From Zygnema circumcarinatum SAG 698-1b (lineage: Eukaryota > Plantae > Zygnematophyceae): DNA of 64,000 bases. Below are positions 21,353-34,529 of the stretch, in pieces. The notes under the pieces were generated by a model. That model made no database searches, was not told the origin of the DNA, and worked only from the letters and a program-made list of their open reading frames with translations. Position 1 is the stretch's first letter. Each line of letters opens with the position of its first letter. The translations under genes were made by a program, and so were the position numbers. The stretch spans positions 2,283,580 to 2,347,579 of the forward strand of contig CM074819.1 in NCBI GenBank assembly GCA_037447605.1, in the 5' to 3' direction.

Positions 21353-24300
21353 CTACTTTTTGCTGTAGTCCCGCCCATAGGGGAGCGGAGGCCATCGCCC
21401 CCGCCCCTGTTGCGACACCCACGCTGCTGCTGCTGCTGCTTGAGTCGAGCGGGAGGAGGACGGGTGTGCGCGGGGCTCCCACTGCTGTGCGGCCACCTGG
21501 GAGGGCGGCTCCAGGTGGGACCGCGTTAGCAGCGCCGCTTCGGCAGAAGGGCGCCACGAGGGGGCCACTGCTGCGCCATCCATTCTAGAGAAGATGCGAT
21601 TGGAGGGGTCAAGATAGTGCGATTCCGGAGGTCTGTTGGCGGAAGTGAGAGCATCGGGCACATGGTGCCACGGCGCACCGAGGACGTGGGTGGCGGGCAG
21701 CTGCGTGAGGCAGCTCGGCGCCATCGTCCGAGGCAGCGGCCCCAAAGAGGCAGATGCAGAGAGGGGAGGAGCAGGCGCCCTCCCAGCAGCCGAAGCGAGT
21801 GCAAGCATCTGCTGAGAGACCCCATGACTAGGACCGGCGGACCCATTCACAGCGGCAGCATTGGGCGGGGGCAGAGGCCCCCCCGATGACACAACGCCAG
21901 TTTCAAAATTGAACTCAGGGAGATCGTCAGTGTCCGGAATTGATCCGCCGCCGCCGCCAGCGGCAGTCCCCCGTGCTGCCACTACATACGCCTGCCTCCC
22001 TGTCCCTGACCTCTCGCTCACGCCTCCGTAAAACCCTCCCTGTTCCTCATGACCCGTCTGGTAATGCGATGGAGGTGCCGAACGTCTCTTGCCTGCCTCC
22101 ACGGGGCTGCCCTCATCCGCCCCTCCCATTCGCCGACGTGGGTCCCGCGCAGCGACTCTCCCTTGAGCATGGCTGCCGGAATGGTCAGAGAGACCACCTC
22201 TACCCTGCGACTTGCGACCCTCGAACCCCGGCGGAAGAGAGAAATTGGGTTTGCTACTGGAGGGTTTTGTCGGACGCGGACTGGACGTCTTCACAGGGGT
22301 CTGGACAGTCTTTTCCTTGTCTGCGCTGGAGGGACCTTGAGCTTCTGTTTCTGAGCGCTGCAGAAACCACGAGGGCATGCGGGATCGCCTGCGAATGAAA
22401 GCCCCAACAAGGAGCTCTCCCCCGGTGGCAGTCCCCTCCCCCAATGGCAACAGGTAGCCATAGCGTCGAAGGAGGTCCACACAATCATCCACCCACGGCA
22501 GAAAATAGAGTTCCCCACCCCCCTCTAACTCTGCAAAACCAACCCGTTCACTTTCACGATACTGTTCCGCTGCCTGCACGTCCACAACCTTGAGTAGGTG
22601 ATCAGTAACAAAATAATAAAGAAACTGCGTTCCCAACAAATACAGATTTTCCCAACATTGCAAAAAAAGTTTGTGCTAAGCAGGGAAATGGCCTCCTCGA
22701 CACTGTTCTAGCTCGCTCTGCTTCTTTCAAACAGGACATCAGTGAGGAAACTCGAACTGATGGAGCGCAATGTGGTCGTCCACAGATCTATTTCAGCCTT
22801 ACCTCTTGCAACAGTTGTTGATTAATCTGCTCCTCAGATTTCCCACTCGCGAGAATTCCAACGACCTGCACAACGCGACAATAGCTGGTTTCAAAAAGGA
22901 GTCCTGAACGAGTTGGAGGGGAAAAACGAAACAAAGTGGGGAAAAAGAAGGAGGGAATCATTGAGTCCCACCATCACAGCCCGAGCCCGGGAGCTCTGTA
23001 AACTCGCAAGGAAACCCTCCATTTCTGCATATTTTACACGGCCCTTCACTTCCACCAGATCTTCCAAGCAGTCCTTCACTGGAAGGCGCTCTCCACTGCA
23101 AAATCACACGAACCCATTGAATCAGATCCTGTAAACCCATCTTTTTTCGTACAATTCTTTCAATCATCACCCACAAATCACCACAACCCAAGAGCTGTCA
23201 GGAGCCCAGCTGCTAAAAGTTGAATCTAATTTGAATTACTGCTTACAAGCACTCCACACAAATACTAAGCATACAAAGCATGTTACCCTAACATTGACAC
23301 TATCTCGAACAGAGACGCGCGCCTCACCTGCGGTATTCTAACCGAACTCTGCAGAGTCCTGCACTGCCAAACTGCAGCCGTCCCTGCCAAACCTCCCTGT
23401 TCTCCTTTTTCGCTAGCCATTCTTCCTTGTCTATCGAAGCAGCAATCGTTTTTCGATTCCGGGGAGTAGTAGGACTGGGTAGGTCGAGTTCAGGGGCTGC
23501 AGAAGGGCTGCTGGGAGGAGTCGCTTCCTGATCTTGCAAAAAATCCTCCTGGACAACTACTGGACTCTTTCGGCTTCCTGTTCGAGCTTCCATATACTCA
23601 TCTAGAGACATGATTGCGGGCAATTTTGCCTCACGTTTGCCTTCTTCCCTAAGCTTTGACTCCTCCTTCACTGCTTGGCCCTCTTCAAAACTGTTATGTT
23701 TGCTTGGAACCTCAGAAAGAGAAGTTGCAGATTCTTCCATTCGCTCCAATGGGACCACCGCTTGTGTCTTTCCCTCGATTCCTGTTTGCTTTGATGGCTC
23801 GGAAGAAATGGGCAATCGGGACGAGCTCAAACCGCCAGCTATAGCTGCGTCGATTGGAACATCCATAGTTTCCTCTCGCTGGAGAAGCACAACCTCTCCC
23901 TTATGCGTTTTCTTTACTACCCGCCACATTGCATCCTCTGATGGTAGCACCACCTGCAGGGCATGCTCCTCAGCTTTGGCGGTACGCCACTCCGCAAGCT
24001 CCCGCGATGCCAGCTGCTCAGCTGTCATAAGGCACAGGGCCTGAGGAGCAATTTCACCACTCATAACGCGCTGCCGCAGCTCAGGGTTCGCCCTATCTTT
24101 GAGATTAAAAAGCAGAGACCGAGCTCTTTCCCGATACTTTTTGCTAGCACCCCCAAATACCGTATACATTTCGTTTTCAATTTCAGCAGCCAATGCAGCA
24201 GCCTTCTTCTTCAGCTCAAACAATTCAGTTAGCTCTTCGATCGTGCGGGCTTGTTCAAGTTTAAGTGGTCCGGCAGTAGCTGCGGAAGGCATAGCAGCGG

Positions 24301-27300
24301 CTGCTTCCACCTCTGCTTTTACCAAAACCGCACCGGATTCAGGACCAGAAAGTTCTCCAGCTGCAGTTAAAGTGTCTGCAGCCTGCTCTCCTAATGCCAC
24401 TACTGACCCCCCCCCTTCTGCAATAAGCATATCCAAACCTTCTCCCTGCTCTATCTCAACACTAGATACAGCTGCGCTCTGCTGCTCAATAGATTCACTT
24501 TGTTCGATGTTTTCTGAAAACTGAACTATAGCATTTGAGGAAATTTCTTGACAAGTGTTCCCAATGGCCTCAACAGAGTCAGACGCCTTAACAGACGTAA
24601 CACCCGTATTATCTGAGACTGTCTCTGTCACCAGAGCAAGGGCAGCCGCAAGTGAATCTCGCAATTTCTGCCTCATAACTACCTGCGAGTTCTCTACTAC
24701 TCGATTCCCTGCACCGGCCAAATTACCGCTGGGGAAAACACCAACTGTCCGCGGTGCTGGCTTAATGACCTCACGAAGTCGACGCTTATTTGCTGCAGAA
24801 TTAACTGTTGTTTCTCTCATCCGTTTCTTAGCCAGTGTCTCCTTCTCTGCTGCTTTCTCGCACTCATTTGAACAGTACCACTGCCTGTCCGTTACCAGTT
24901 TTTCACAACCTAGATAAGCACAGGCTTTCTGTTTGCTACCCCCCGGTGAGCTTCCCAGCTGTTTTGGTGAATCTAAGTCTGCTTTACTGCTCGTCCAGCT
25001 GGTCCCTTGAATATGCATGCCACTCCTTGGACTCACCATGCCCTGAGGTCGAGGACTTGCGAGCCTCTCAGAAGACAAAGGCTCAGTACGAAACGACCGG
25101 CTTCCCATGCTGGAGGCACTTTCTGTCCTCTGCAACGATGCTGCACGTGGAAGAGATTCTTCAGCTTGCCGCTTCACACTTAAATGTGCTCGGATAGCAG
25201 CTGGCACCTCGTCAATCCCCTGAAAGCACACGCGGAACGCGTCAGAATGGACTTCTTATGTTAATCTCAGCAGTACGTCTCTGACTCCAATGTTTAAAGT
25301 AGTACATCAGTACTAAAACTCTATCAAGAAACTGGAAGAAAACTACAAATGCAAATGAGGTTGCTATCAGATACGTAACGACGACCTGAAAACCAACATT
25401 CAACAGTTACAGCCAGGATGTGCGCGGTCAGACATGCTCACCATTGTGACGCTTGCGACAGCTGGTACTACTGTTGAATCTGTCACATAATTGGAGTCAT
25501 GCGTGATATTTGAAGCGGCCATTATGAGAGCCACTTTCTCGACTGTCGCTTCACCCGCCTTTTCAACACTTACTGGATCAACATCTGTCATTGAGGTGAG
25601 TTCCTGCATTGCAAAGGGCCCCAATGGGTTAGAAGTCGAACAGAACAGAGAGCACTTCCAATCTTGTCGAGAGAAGCAACAACTACTTGACACTGCAAAG
25701 GAAGTGTTTCCTTTCTATTGATGGATAAAAAACGACAAATTCCAAACCAATTGACTTTTCTCATTGATCGACACAGATGCATGAGATATACTTGCACGAT
25801 ACCGATGAGCATTGATGCCGAACGTGAAGTGGCATATATCAGGGTATTTGAAAAAAGATCTGACCTTTGTGGCTACATCGAACTCTTTCACGGAAACATC
25901 ACCACCTCCTCCTTCTGACATTTCATTCATATCCACAGGCTCCTCTTCCTGTGCAATATCTGCTGGCGCAAGTGCACTCTGTGCCCCACATCCCAAAAAC
26001 GCCAAATTAGGGCTCGCCGTAGTCGTCATTAAGCAATCTGTGGCAGCAAATCTGACTAGTTCAAGTACTACGTGCAAACAGATTTATGCAGAGCTTGAAA
26101 CAGTGAGAAAGTAATGGCGGGAAGAAGAAAGAGGATGACGAGTGGGTGGGGGCAGGATGTGGGGAGGCGGATGGAGGGAAAGGGGAGATGAGAGTAGGGA
26201 AAGGGAAAGATCAGAAGGAAGAGACTATTCACAGGGAAAAGTCGAAAGAAGAGCATATCGAGTGAACAGTGAGGGAGAGGAGGGAAGGTGTATGCAGACA
26301 AAGCAGGTAAAAGGGAGAGCGGGAGAGGGGATGGGCAGTAGGCGGAAGGAAGGAGGAGAGCGGGGTGGTACGCAAAGACGAAACGGAGAGGGAATGAAAT
26401 ACGAAAGAAAGAGGCGAGAGGAACACACGATTAGGAATTGGAAACAAGGAGAGAGAGAGAGAGAAAAGAGAAAGAATATCTGGGTTGCGAATGCACATTC
26501 TAAAACGAAAAAATGAGCAAACATTGGAGATACCTCTGCCCCGCACGGTAATGCCAGAATCACTTCAGACTCATGTTCTGCAATGCCGTTCGCATGCGGC
26601 TGTACGGCATCATCCTCTCCTCCGCTGCTTAAGCTGCCGGACGGGCTGCCGCTGTGCTGAGGAAAAGCGACTTCATTGCCGGTGATTACAGCTTCAACAA
26701 CTTCAGTTCCGTCCTCCGCTGCACTCTCCTTGTCCATCTGTACGAGATGCCCACGAATTCAATAATCCTAAATAACAGACCATTAACAGCCAAGCACCCA
26801 AGCTCGCTCGTATCTCGTGTGCATGCACATCACCATGACTCCCATCATCACAAACCATCATCGCCACTATATCGTACCTTGTTGTCTCCCTTTCCCGTCC
26901 GCTTCCTTTTGGTACTGCTAGCATTGACATCACATGCAGGGCATATGTAATCCTGAATTCTTCGAGCTTCCTGCACCGCGCATAAGGGAGACAGGATTCA
27001 GCGCTTTGCAAAAGAAACCAGCTAAGACGGGAATTGGAACTTGAACTTAAACTGAAACTAAAAGTGAAATGGAGTGGCCAGTAGGAGATGGGTGACCTGC
27101 GGCGATATGCCAACGCAGGCACCATGGCACCACTCCAGACAATCCGGACTCTTCATGTTTGCATCGCAGGCAATCATGAACTCGCCCTCCTCGTATGGCT
27201 GACGGCAGAGGCAATAAACCTTCTGCGCCTTCTTCTGCGGCAACTCTACTACGTCATCTCGCAGTTTTGCAGGCAGCCGAATTTCTCGCGCCGGCCTGCC

Positions 27301-27312
27301 TTCCCTTCCCAT
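21353..27312 (-). CDS. PHD finger + TFIIS central domain + SPOC domain protein (DIDO1/PHF3/BYE1/BORDER family)
   Basis: ATG at 27312. [21 protein letters not shown]...CLEWCHGAC and next exon YICPAC; CAYLGC...WYCSNEC motif; [36 protein letters not shown]; [12 protein letters not shown]...EVKGRVK...[17 protein letters not shown]; DDLPEFNF motif. Some internal exon borders were not resolved. Confidence 0.88.
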
Positions 27313-27559
27313 GTGCCTCCCACCCCCCCTTTCCCCCTCTCCCTCTCACACCTTTCCTTCCTTTCTCTCCCTCCTGCACTTATTCCCTTATCTTCCTTCT
27401 CCCTCTATCTCTCTCTCCTCCCCCTTCCTCCTCCCACTCCCTCCTCCCTCACCCTCTCCCAACCCTAACCGCGCCCGCCTGAAGCGCGGCTGCCGCTCGC
27501 CCCCACAGCACTACAGCACCGGAGCAGGGCCGCCACTCAGCACTCGCGAGAAAGCCTCC

Positions 27560-28247
27560 GGGAACTCCACGCGCAGAGTGGACTCCACAGTGGACCTAGC
27601 AGATCCACCCTGCCGTACTGCGGTTGATCCCACCGACAGGCACTAGCGTGTGGGCCGGATCCAGTTGGGCCGGCCCTCGTTCCATGTGGCTGCAGCTGTA
27701 CCTCGGATGACGTGTGCATGCCCGCACCGTCAAATGGCGCGCTGCCACGTCCGTCGGCGCGCCTGCCCGCGAAAGGTTCCCCCTCTGCCCGCCCGGCCAT
27801 TCATCCGCGCCACGTGGCTGTGGCCCATTCGCCGACGCAACACGGCCCTCCCTAGGATGCATGCATGCGCGCGTGCATTCCTCCCGACCCGGCAGTTGCA
27901 GTTGCCAATCTGATCCACCCCCCATGGCATGGCATGGTATGGCATGGCATGGCATGTCCTGTGAAACGAGCAAGCCCGGCCCGGCCCGGCCTGGCAGGCA
28001 GGTAGGCTCCGACAGGGCGGGCATGGAACACGACACGGCACGGAACTGCGGGGGACGGAACGGGACGGAACGCAACGGCGTGCGCGGTGATGCCGGGCCG
28101 CGAGGCGAGGCGAGGCGAAGCGCGCTTTAGGGCAGAAGGGGAGGAAGGCTCGAGGGAGAGAGAGCGCGAGGGAGGGAGGGAGGGAGGCGCTGCAGGGAGG
28201 GAAGGAAAGCGGGAGAAAGCCCACGCGTGTTTTCGGAGGCGGCAGCC
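27560..28247. promoter_or_regulatory. Bidirectional GC-rich promoter between the PHD-TFIIS-SPOC gene and VHA-E
   Basis: Divergent ATGs at 27312 (-) and 28248 (+). GGCCCA/TGGGCC site-II-like motifs and (GGCAT)n repeats lie between them. Confidence 0.55.
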
Positions 28248-30514
28248 ATGAACGACGCAGATGTCTCTAAGCAGGTGCAGCAGATGGTGCAGTTCATCCA
28301 GCAGGAGGCTGAGGAGAAGGCCAATGAGATCTCCGTCGCAGCGGAGGAGGTCAGTGGCTCACTTCGTTATTGTATTTCCATCGGACTCTGTAGTGCTGAC
28401 TTTCTCTTCGGTTTTCTACCTTGGATGCATTTTTCATGCCTGCTTGTTTTCCCGTCGTCCAGTCTCCCCTTGCTGTTCGTGGATCTCCCTCGCTATCGCA
28501 CTCGACATTCTGCACCTTCTCTCTCCATATTTTGCTAGTAATAACTTCGTGTCGCTTCCTCAGTCTGTCCTGCACTCCTCCCTTGTCATTTTCTGTGTAT
28601 GGCCAATGAGATCTATGGAGCTGATGAAACGCTTTGGCGATTCTGTTCCATATCGACATTGCTCCGTTTCTCTTTTTCTCTCTCTCTCTCCTTCTCTCCC
28701 TCTCACAGTGTTGATCGTCCCCTCCCACTGCGTAGCTTCCTTTTCTCCTTTCCTCTGGTTGATTCTCACTTTGTTTCTCCTCTGGCTTCTCGCACTCCTC
28801 AAATTTTCTCATTTGTATCTTCATGCCTCGCGCTCTTTCTCGTTTTCTCTCCGCTTCTCTCTTTTCGAGCGTCTCACTTACCTTTCTACTGCACATCGTC
28901 AGTTTTCCTCGTCCTCTTTCCTTCCTTTTATCTGGATCCTCTCCTCCGCTTTCAAGATATTCGGGTTGAGATGGGCTGATGACGGAAATCTCAAAATTTT
29001 GTGCACATTGCAGGAATTCAACATCGAGAAGCTGCAGCTAGTGGAGGCAGAAAAACGGAAGATTCGGCAGGAATATGAACGCAAGGAGAAGCAGGTCGAG
29101 ATAGCGAAGAAAATGTATGGAGTAAAGATTCCGTTGTGTCTCCTGCTTGTCAATCTTATGGTTGATGTTTTCCTTCCGATGCGTGCTGGTTCTTTCTAGC
29201 AGAGTCTTTTTCTTATTTCCTTTGAGTCTTCTTTACTGGGACCGTGTAAATTAGCCATTTTCATGCCTAGACGTAGCTTTTGCTTTAGAACCAACCATAC
29301 ATTTGCTGTTAAGTTCCGCTAGCTTCTGACAATAACTATTTTCGGATGTTTTTTTGGCTCTGCAGCGATTATTCGAAGCAGCTTAACGCCTCTCGACTGA
29401 AGGTCCTTCAGGCGCAAGATGAGATTGTGAAGTCTTTGAAGGCAGGGGCAGAGGCGGAGATTGGCAAGTTCTCTCACAACAAACATGCCTACCATACCCT
29501 GATGAAGGATCTTATTGCTCAGGTATTTCTCTATCTTCTGTAATCTTGTTACATCGTCCCTGTCCCTCTAATGATAAGCGTCTGAGCTAGATAGCTTTAA
29601 GTATAAAGGGTGCGTGGCTCGTTCTTGAATCAGATAATGAGTTAGTCTTGTATGAGTCCTGGCTTTGCAAATATTACATTCTTCAGTCTAGCCGGTAGAC
29701 CAGTGCTTGCACTTTCTGATAGACGCTGTTGGGTGCAGGCATTAATCCGACTTAAGGAGCCGGCAGTTCTGCTGAGATGCAGAGAAATCGATGTTTCCGT
29801 CGTACATTCAGTTCTGAATGGTGCACGAGAAATATATGCTGAGAAGACGGGGCTCAAAGCACCTTCCGTTGACGTCGACCAAAAGAAGTTCCTGCCACCT
29901 GCGCCCGGTCATCATGTTACAGGACCCACCTGGTGAGATTTTGCAACTGAACCTATTGCAAAGCAATTTCTTTGTGCGTTGTTTCTTGGAAGATGAATGC
30001 CGCAATGAAGTTGTTCTTGTTGCTGTGTTGCTGGCATATACGTCGATCATTTTTTCCTACTTTTATTTGTGCATATCATGGATTTTCAGTCCAACTGAAG
30101 CCATGTATTCTCTCGACCTTTTTTGCAGTTCCGGTGGAGTGGTGGTTGCTTCCAAGGATGGCCGCGTGGTGTGCTCTAACACATTGGACGCGCGTCTGGA
30201 GATCGCAGTCCGTCAAAATCTGCCGCTGGTGCGTTGTTTTTTGACAGTGTTTCCACTCCTGTACTGCATATACTGCAGTTGGTTAGGGTACAGGATACTT
30301 CACCTTTTATCAATATCGCTCAATTCAGCATTGTCCTACCAGCATGAAGCTTAATTTTACGGCTAGGTCGTCCTACTTTATGTGAGGACGGCTTTTTTTG
30401 CTTTTCTGACAGTTTGGAATACGGAACGGGCTGATGCTTGAAGGCTTCTCACGGAATGCTGTTCGTTTGCAGATCCGGAAGGCTCTGTTCAAGTCGAGCG
30501 TTGTCTCCGAATGA
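28248..30514 (+). CDS. VHA-E: V-type H+-ATPase subunit E
   Basis: MNDADVSKQVQQMVQFIQQEAEEKANEISVAAEE|EFNIEKLQLVEAEKRKIRQEYERKEKQVE...YSKQLNASRLKVLQAQD...GGVVVASKDGRVVCSNTLDARL...IRKALF, stop 30514; 6 exons with GT-AG. Confidence 0.96.
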
Positions 30515-31435
30515 GCACTCCGCGATGGCCTGTCGAACGGTACTCGGTTTGTTTGGATGTGTTCTGTCACCAGTTGGCGGAAAAAGTTTCCCACTTGGCA
30601 AGCACTTGGTTCCAATGAGGGTGGAACTACTTGTTGCAAAAGCGTAGGGATAGTCCAGGTGGCAGCCCCAATGTCATAGCGGATCACTCCCGCACTGCTG
30701 TGGACCTTTGGAGTGAAGGGCAGCTCCACCCTGCGGCTGCTTCTGTCTGCAGTGGATGACGGGCATGTGGGCGATGCAGCTGCATGCCACATACAGCTAC
30801 AGCTACAGTTACATGTCCACGGTCTGCAGCATCTAAAGAGCATGGTGCAGGATGGTAGGAAGAATGACTTTACATGTCCCATTATGTAATATGTTTCATA
30901 CGTTGTTTACGCTGATTTACTGCACTGTTTTGGGCCGTCTATTGGTTGAGCTGCAACGCAAGGGGAACCTTGTTGTTCCACGCCACAGCCAGTTTGTGGA
31001 TGTCGTTGGCCGTTCCTGCCTTTGTGTAGGCGTGCCCCCTGCCCCCTTTCCCCCCTCCCCGCCTGCTATTGCAGCGCCGCACCGGCCTGTGTCTGTGAAC
31101 AGCGACTCGTCTTGGAAGGCTGAAGCATTTGAATGCGAAACAGGCACGCACACTGGCTGATGCCTTACGCAATTTGAAGGGTTCGCTGGCTGCTCACCGA
31201 GTTGTACCGCAATGCTGCACTGGGCTATCGGAAATGTTTCAGGGCATTGCCGAGCTTCGTTTTTTCAGAACAAGAAGGGGGCGGTGCATGACGCATAGGA
31301 AGGGGTTATGCGGCCCATCAAATGCAATGGCCTCCAACATGATCTCCACTAATAAACAGGACAAACGTTCTTCAGTGGAGTGATCCATTCAGTGGATAAA
31401 AAGGGAATAGAGATTACTAAATGAGTGCTGTTTCC

Positions 31436-33286
31436 TCAATACCCCCCTTGCCTGCGCATGCGGTTCTTTTGATTGCGAGTTTGCCGCTTGCCGTCGTTAT
31501 CTCTCAAATACATAATGGCGAGTAAAATGCCCCAAAACCCGAATGTCCAAAAGAAATTCCCGCCACCGCCCCCCCCTCCCCCACCGCCTCCCCCCTCGCT
31601 CCCGCCACCTCCAGGTCCTCCTTGGTCCAGTTTTGGCGTCATGCTTTTCGCATCTGCAGGCCAGACAGTGCAGCCAGGCAGGGGGGGGTCAGGATCGGGG
31701 GGACAATGAGAAACGGGAGGGGAACTCTGCTGCTGCACCAATACGTTGACGGTTGGGCGCAGCGTGTCCTGACTCTCCGAGGTGGCGTGGTAACAGTGCA
31801 AACTCACCTTGTGGCGTCTTCTTCGCTACAGCCTGCTGCTGTTTCTGAATCGTCTGCTGAGAGGATCCGGATGCCTCACCAGAGCATCGTGTCTTCTGCA
31901 GCAACCAGTCCCAGCGGCAGAAGAGTGACAAAAGTGAGCACGCAACAAGCACACGGCAGCTACAGCATTAGTTTTATATGGTTCGAATGCAGCCATAGAA
32001 ATGGATTGCTTTCGGTCCTTCAACCCCCTACGGACAAAACAAATTGATTCTGCATCCTTAGCAATGGACTCAAAAGAAGGGCAGATGACTCCTTACCGAA
32101 GATGCCTGGCACGCGACAGAAGCAGAAATCGTGTAAGAGGCTGCTAATTGGCACCGTGCAGCTTGTGTCCGCGGCAGGTTAGTGCAGCAGCGGCCAATGG
32201 ACGAAGAATTCAGGTTGACCAACGTAAGAGCTTCTGCGGCCAAGAAGGAACCATTGTGGTGATATGGCATAAGCGGAAGACCAACGGCAACAAATTTCCT
32301 GCACGAATAATGAATTGCAAGTATTCAAAAAAAAAAAAAAAAAACTACCACGTCTTGAAAAGGAAAAGCGCTTCAGCACCGACCCACTCCATTTCTTGCA
32401 GTCATTGATTCCTGCAAGTATCGCGCTTTAACTAAGATTTTGATTTCCACAATTATCAGAAGCTAGTCATGTGAACTGCATAAAAGGAGAACAAAGCACC
32501 CTACCTGCACGACCTAATTGTCCCCGAGAGATCCACACAAAAGCATATCAGTCACAGTGTAAGTTACCATGCAGGCACGCCTTTTGCCACTCTGCATGCT
32601 CCTAAATAACTCGCATCAGTCTGATAAGGAACTGCTGATCATCCCTGAGCGTGCCACTCCATCAGGTTGACCGTGCGGCGGGATGATAAATACAAGCACT
32701 CTATAAAAAAGTTGCCCGCCTAAAGAACTCCTGGAAACTGCACTCAATTCGTTGAGTCTAAATGATGGAGAGCTTTGTTGGGTATTCCTCTTGCCACAGA
32801 ACAACCAAGAAGGCACCAAAAGATGGTCTTGCCTGCTGCAACCATTGATATATATTCAAAATGAATCTTGAAACCAACCTATTCCTCCGGAACTCAACGA
32901 AAATTCGGCGAGACTATGACAAGCTCAAGCGTGAAAATGAAGGAGGGTTAGAATCATTGTAGTAACCCTAATCGCAAAGCAAATTCCTCTTCATCCTAAT
33001 TTCCCCCCCTGCTTTTCCCCTCCCTTCCCTCTCTACACCTTGCCTGTCTTGCCACGCCATCCCAATCTTCTTCTCCCCTCTTCTCTCTCGCTCCTCTTTC
33101 TCGCACTCGCCAATCTTCCCGCTCTCTCCGCTGAATCCTCCCTCTTCCAGAATCCCTCCTCCCTCTTTACGATATCCCTCTCCTTCCTTGTCCAGCCAGG
33201 CGTGTCGACCATTGAACCCCATCCCCCTCCCACGGCCCCCGACGCAGTCCACGGGAGCACTTACTGGTGCACACGGCGGCCTCCAT
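31436..33286 (-). CDS. Small putative plastid-targeted Gly-rich single-pass membrane protein (about 155 aa), family not identified
   Basis: Phase-consistent model 33286-33265, 32233-32097, 31895-31808, 31653-31436. It gives a transit-like N-terminus, then LDQGGPGGGGSEGGGGGGGGGGGG, hydrophobic NFFWTFGFWGILLAIMYL and a basic tail. The first two exons are less certain. Confidence 0.6.
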
Positions 33287-33599
33287 GGCAGGCGAGGCGA
33301 GGCGAGGCGAGGCGCGTCCTGTGCAGCGCGCAGGCAGGCAGAGCTCGGGGACCTCCTCGCGGTCTCGGCCTCCGGCTTCCGGCCTCTGCCCGAGCGCGAG
33401 GGAGAGAGGGAGAGGAGGGAGAATCCTAGCCATCCCTGATCCCTCCCTCGCGCTCGGCGCCCGCCCGCCCGCCCGCCCGACGTCCATCCATCCATCGCAG
33501 AAGAACAACAACAACAGCAACAACAACATGGCCGGCCGCTGGCTGGCTTCGGAAGCCTCTAGTCACTTATGGTGACTACTCTCTGTTAGTCACTAGTCA

Positions 33600-33950
33600 C
33601 CGCCTCCTCGCCAGTCATCACATGCGCCCGCGCCGGTGGCAGCACTCACCAGCCGCGGCCACGTGGCGCTTTCGGGGTTCGCCACGTGGCCGGGCGGGTG
33701 ATGCGCGCGAGCAGGTTCGCGGAAGGCGGCGGCGGCCGGCGGGCGGGCGGGCGGACGGAGGGAGGCAGATGGAGAGAGAGAGAGGAACGCCGCACGCGGC
33801 GCCCTCGCGTTGCGCCACGCGGCGCCTCTCGCTCCCTCTCTCTCTCTCTGGCCCTGCGCGCGCCTCTGTCTGGATCGGCGCCCGCCCTCGTGCGCGGTGC
33901 GAGGCGGCACTGGGCTGCAGAGGGCGTGAGGGAAGGCGTGCGGAGCTGTG
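33600..33950. promoter_or_regulatory. Bidirectional promoter with two GCCACGTGGC G-boxes
   Basis: GCCACGTGGC at 33658 and 33681, between the divergent Gly-rich gene and the PPR-SMR gene. Confidence 0.5.
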
Positions 33951-34529
33951 ACGGGCGAGGAGTTCTGTGGTGATGGATTCTGAAAATGGGGTTCTTGTCG
34001 GCCGCGAAGGACACTCAGAAGATGGTGTTGTCTGCTTGAAGGAGAGGCACATTGTTGCGGAGAAGGGGTTCTAGGTGTTGCAGCGGGTCGGACGGAACCA
34101 TGCTCTCACTGCTGTGCGAGGGAAGGCGGCTCTGCCGTTGTGCGTGTGGCGGATGCCGCGGTAGCGTTAGCAGGGCCCTTACCGGGCTATGATGCTATTT
34201 GGAAGGGCGGGGAGGTCCTCGTGCATTGATTTTCAACGCGCCCTTCTTTTGCAGAGCTTCCGGCAACGGACTTTCCAGCTTGCTCAAGGTGCGGAAAGGG
34301 CTTTGAAATTTCGTCAATTCTGGTTGCACTCACGTCTTTTATTTGCAAGTAAAATTTGCTTTCCTTTTTTGAATTCCGCTTGAGAGGATTATAGGATTTT
34401 AGCTGAGGGTTTCAGGATTTTAGTTCCTTCCCCCACTGGCCAATTTTTTCAATTCCAATTTCGTGAGAGTTGGGAAAGGCAAGTTTCATGGTATCGTGAA
34501 GCTGGCTGGCAGGCTGTTGCGGAGGCGAT

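Noticed and set aside
34100-34192. Cys-rich peptide MLSLLCEGRRLCRCACGGCRG as a second example of a Cys-rich targeting region
   Set aside because: It depends on a weak GTAGCG donor to join the PPR gene. The start of that gene cannot be established from sequence alone.
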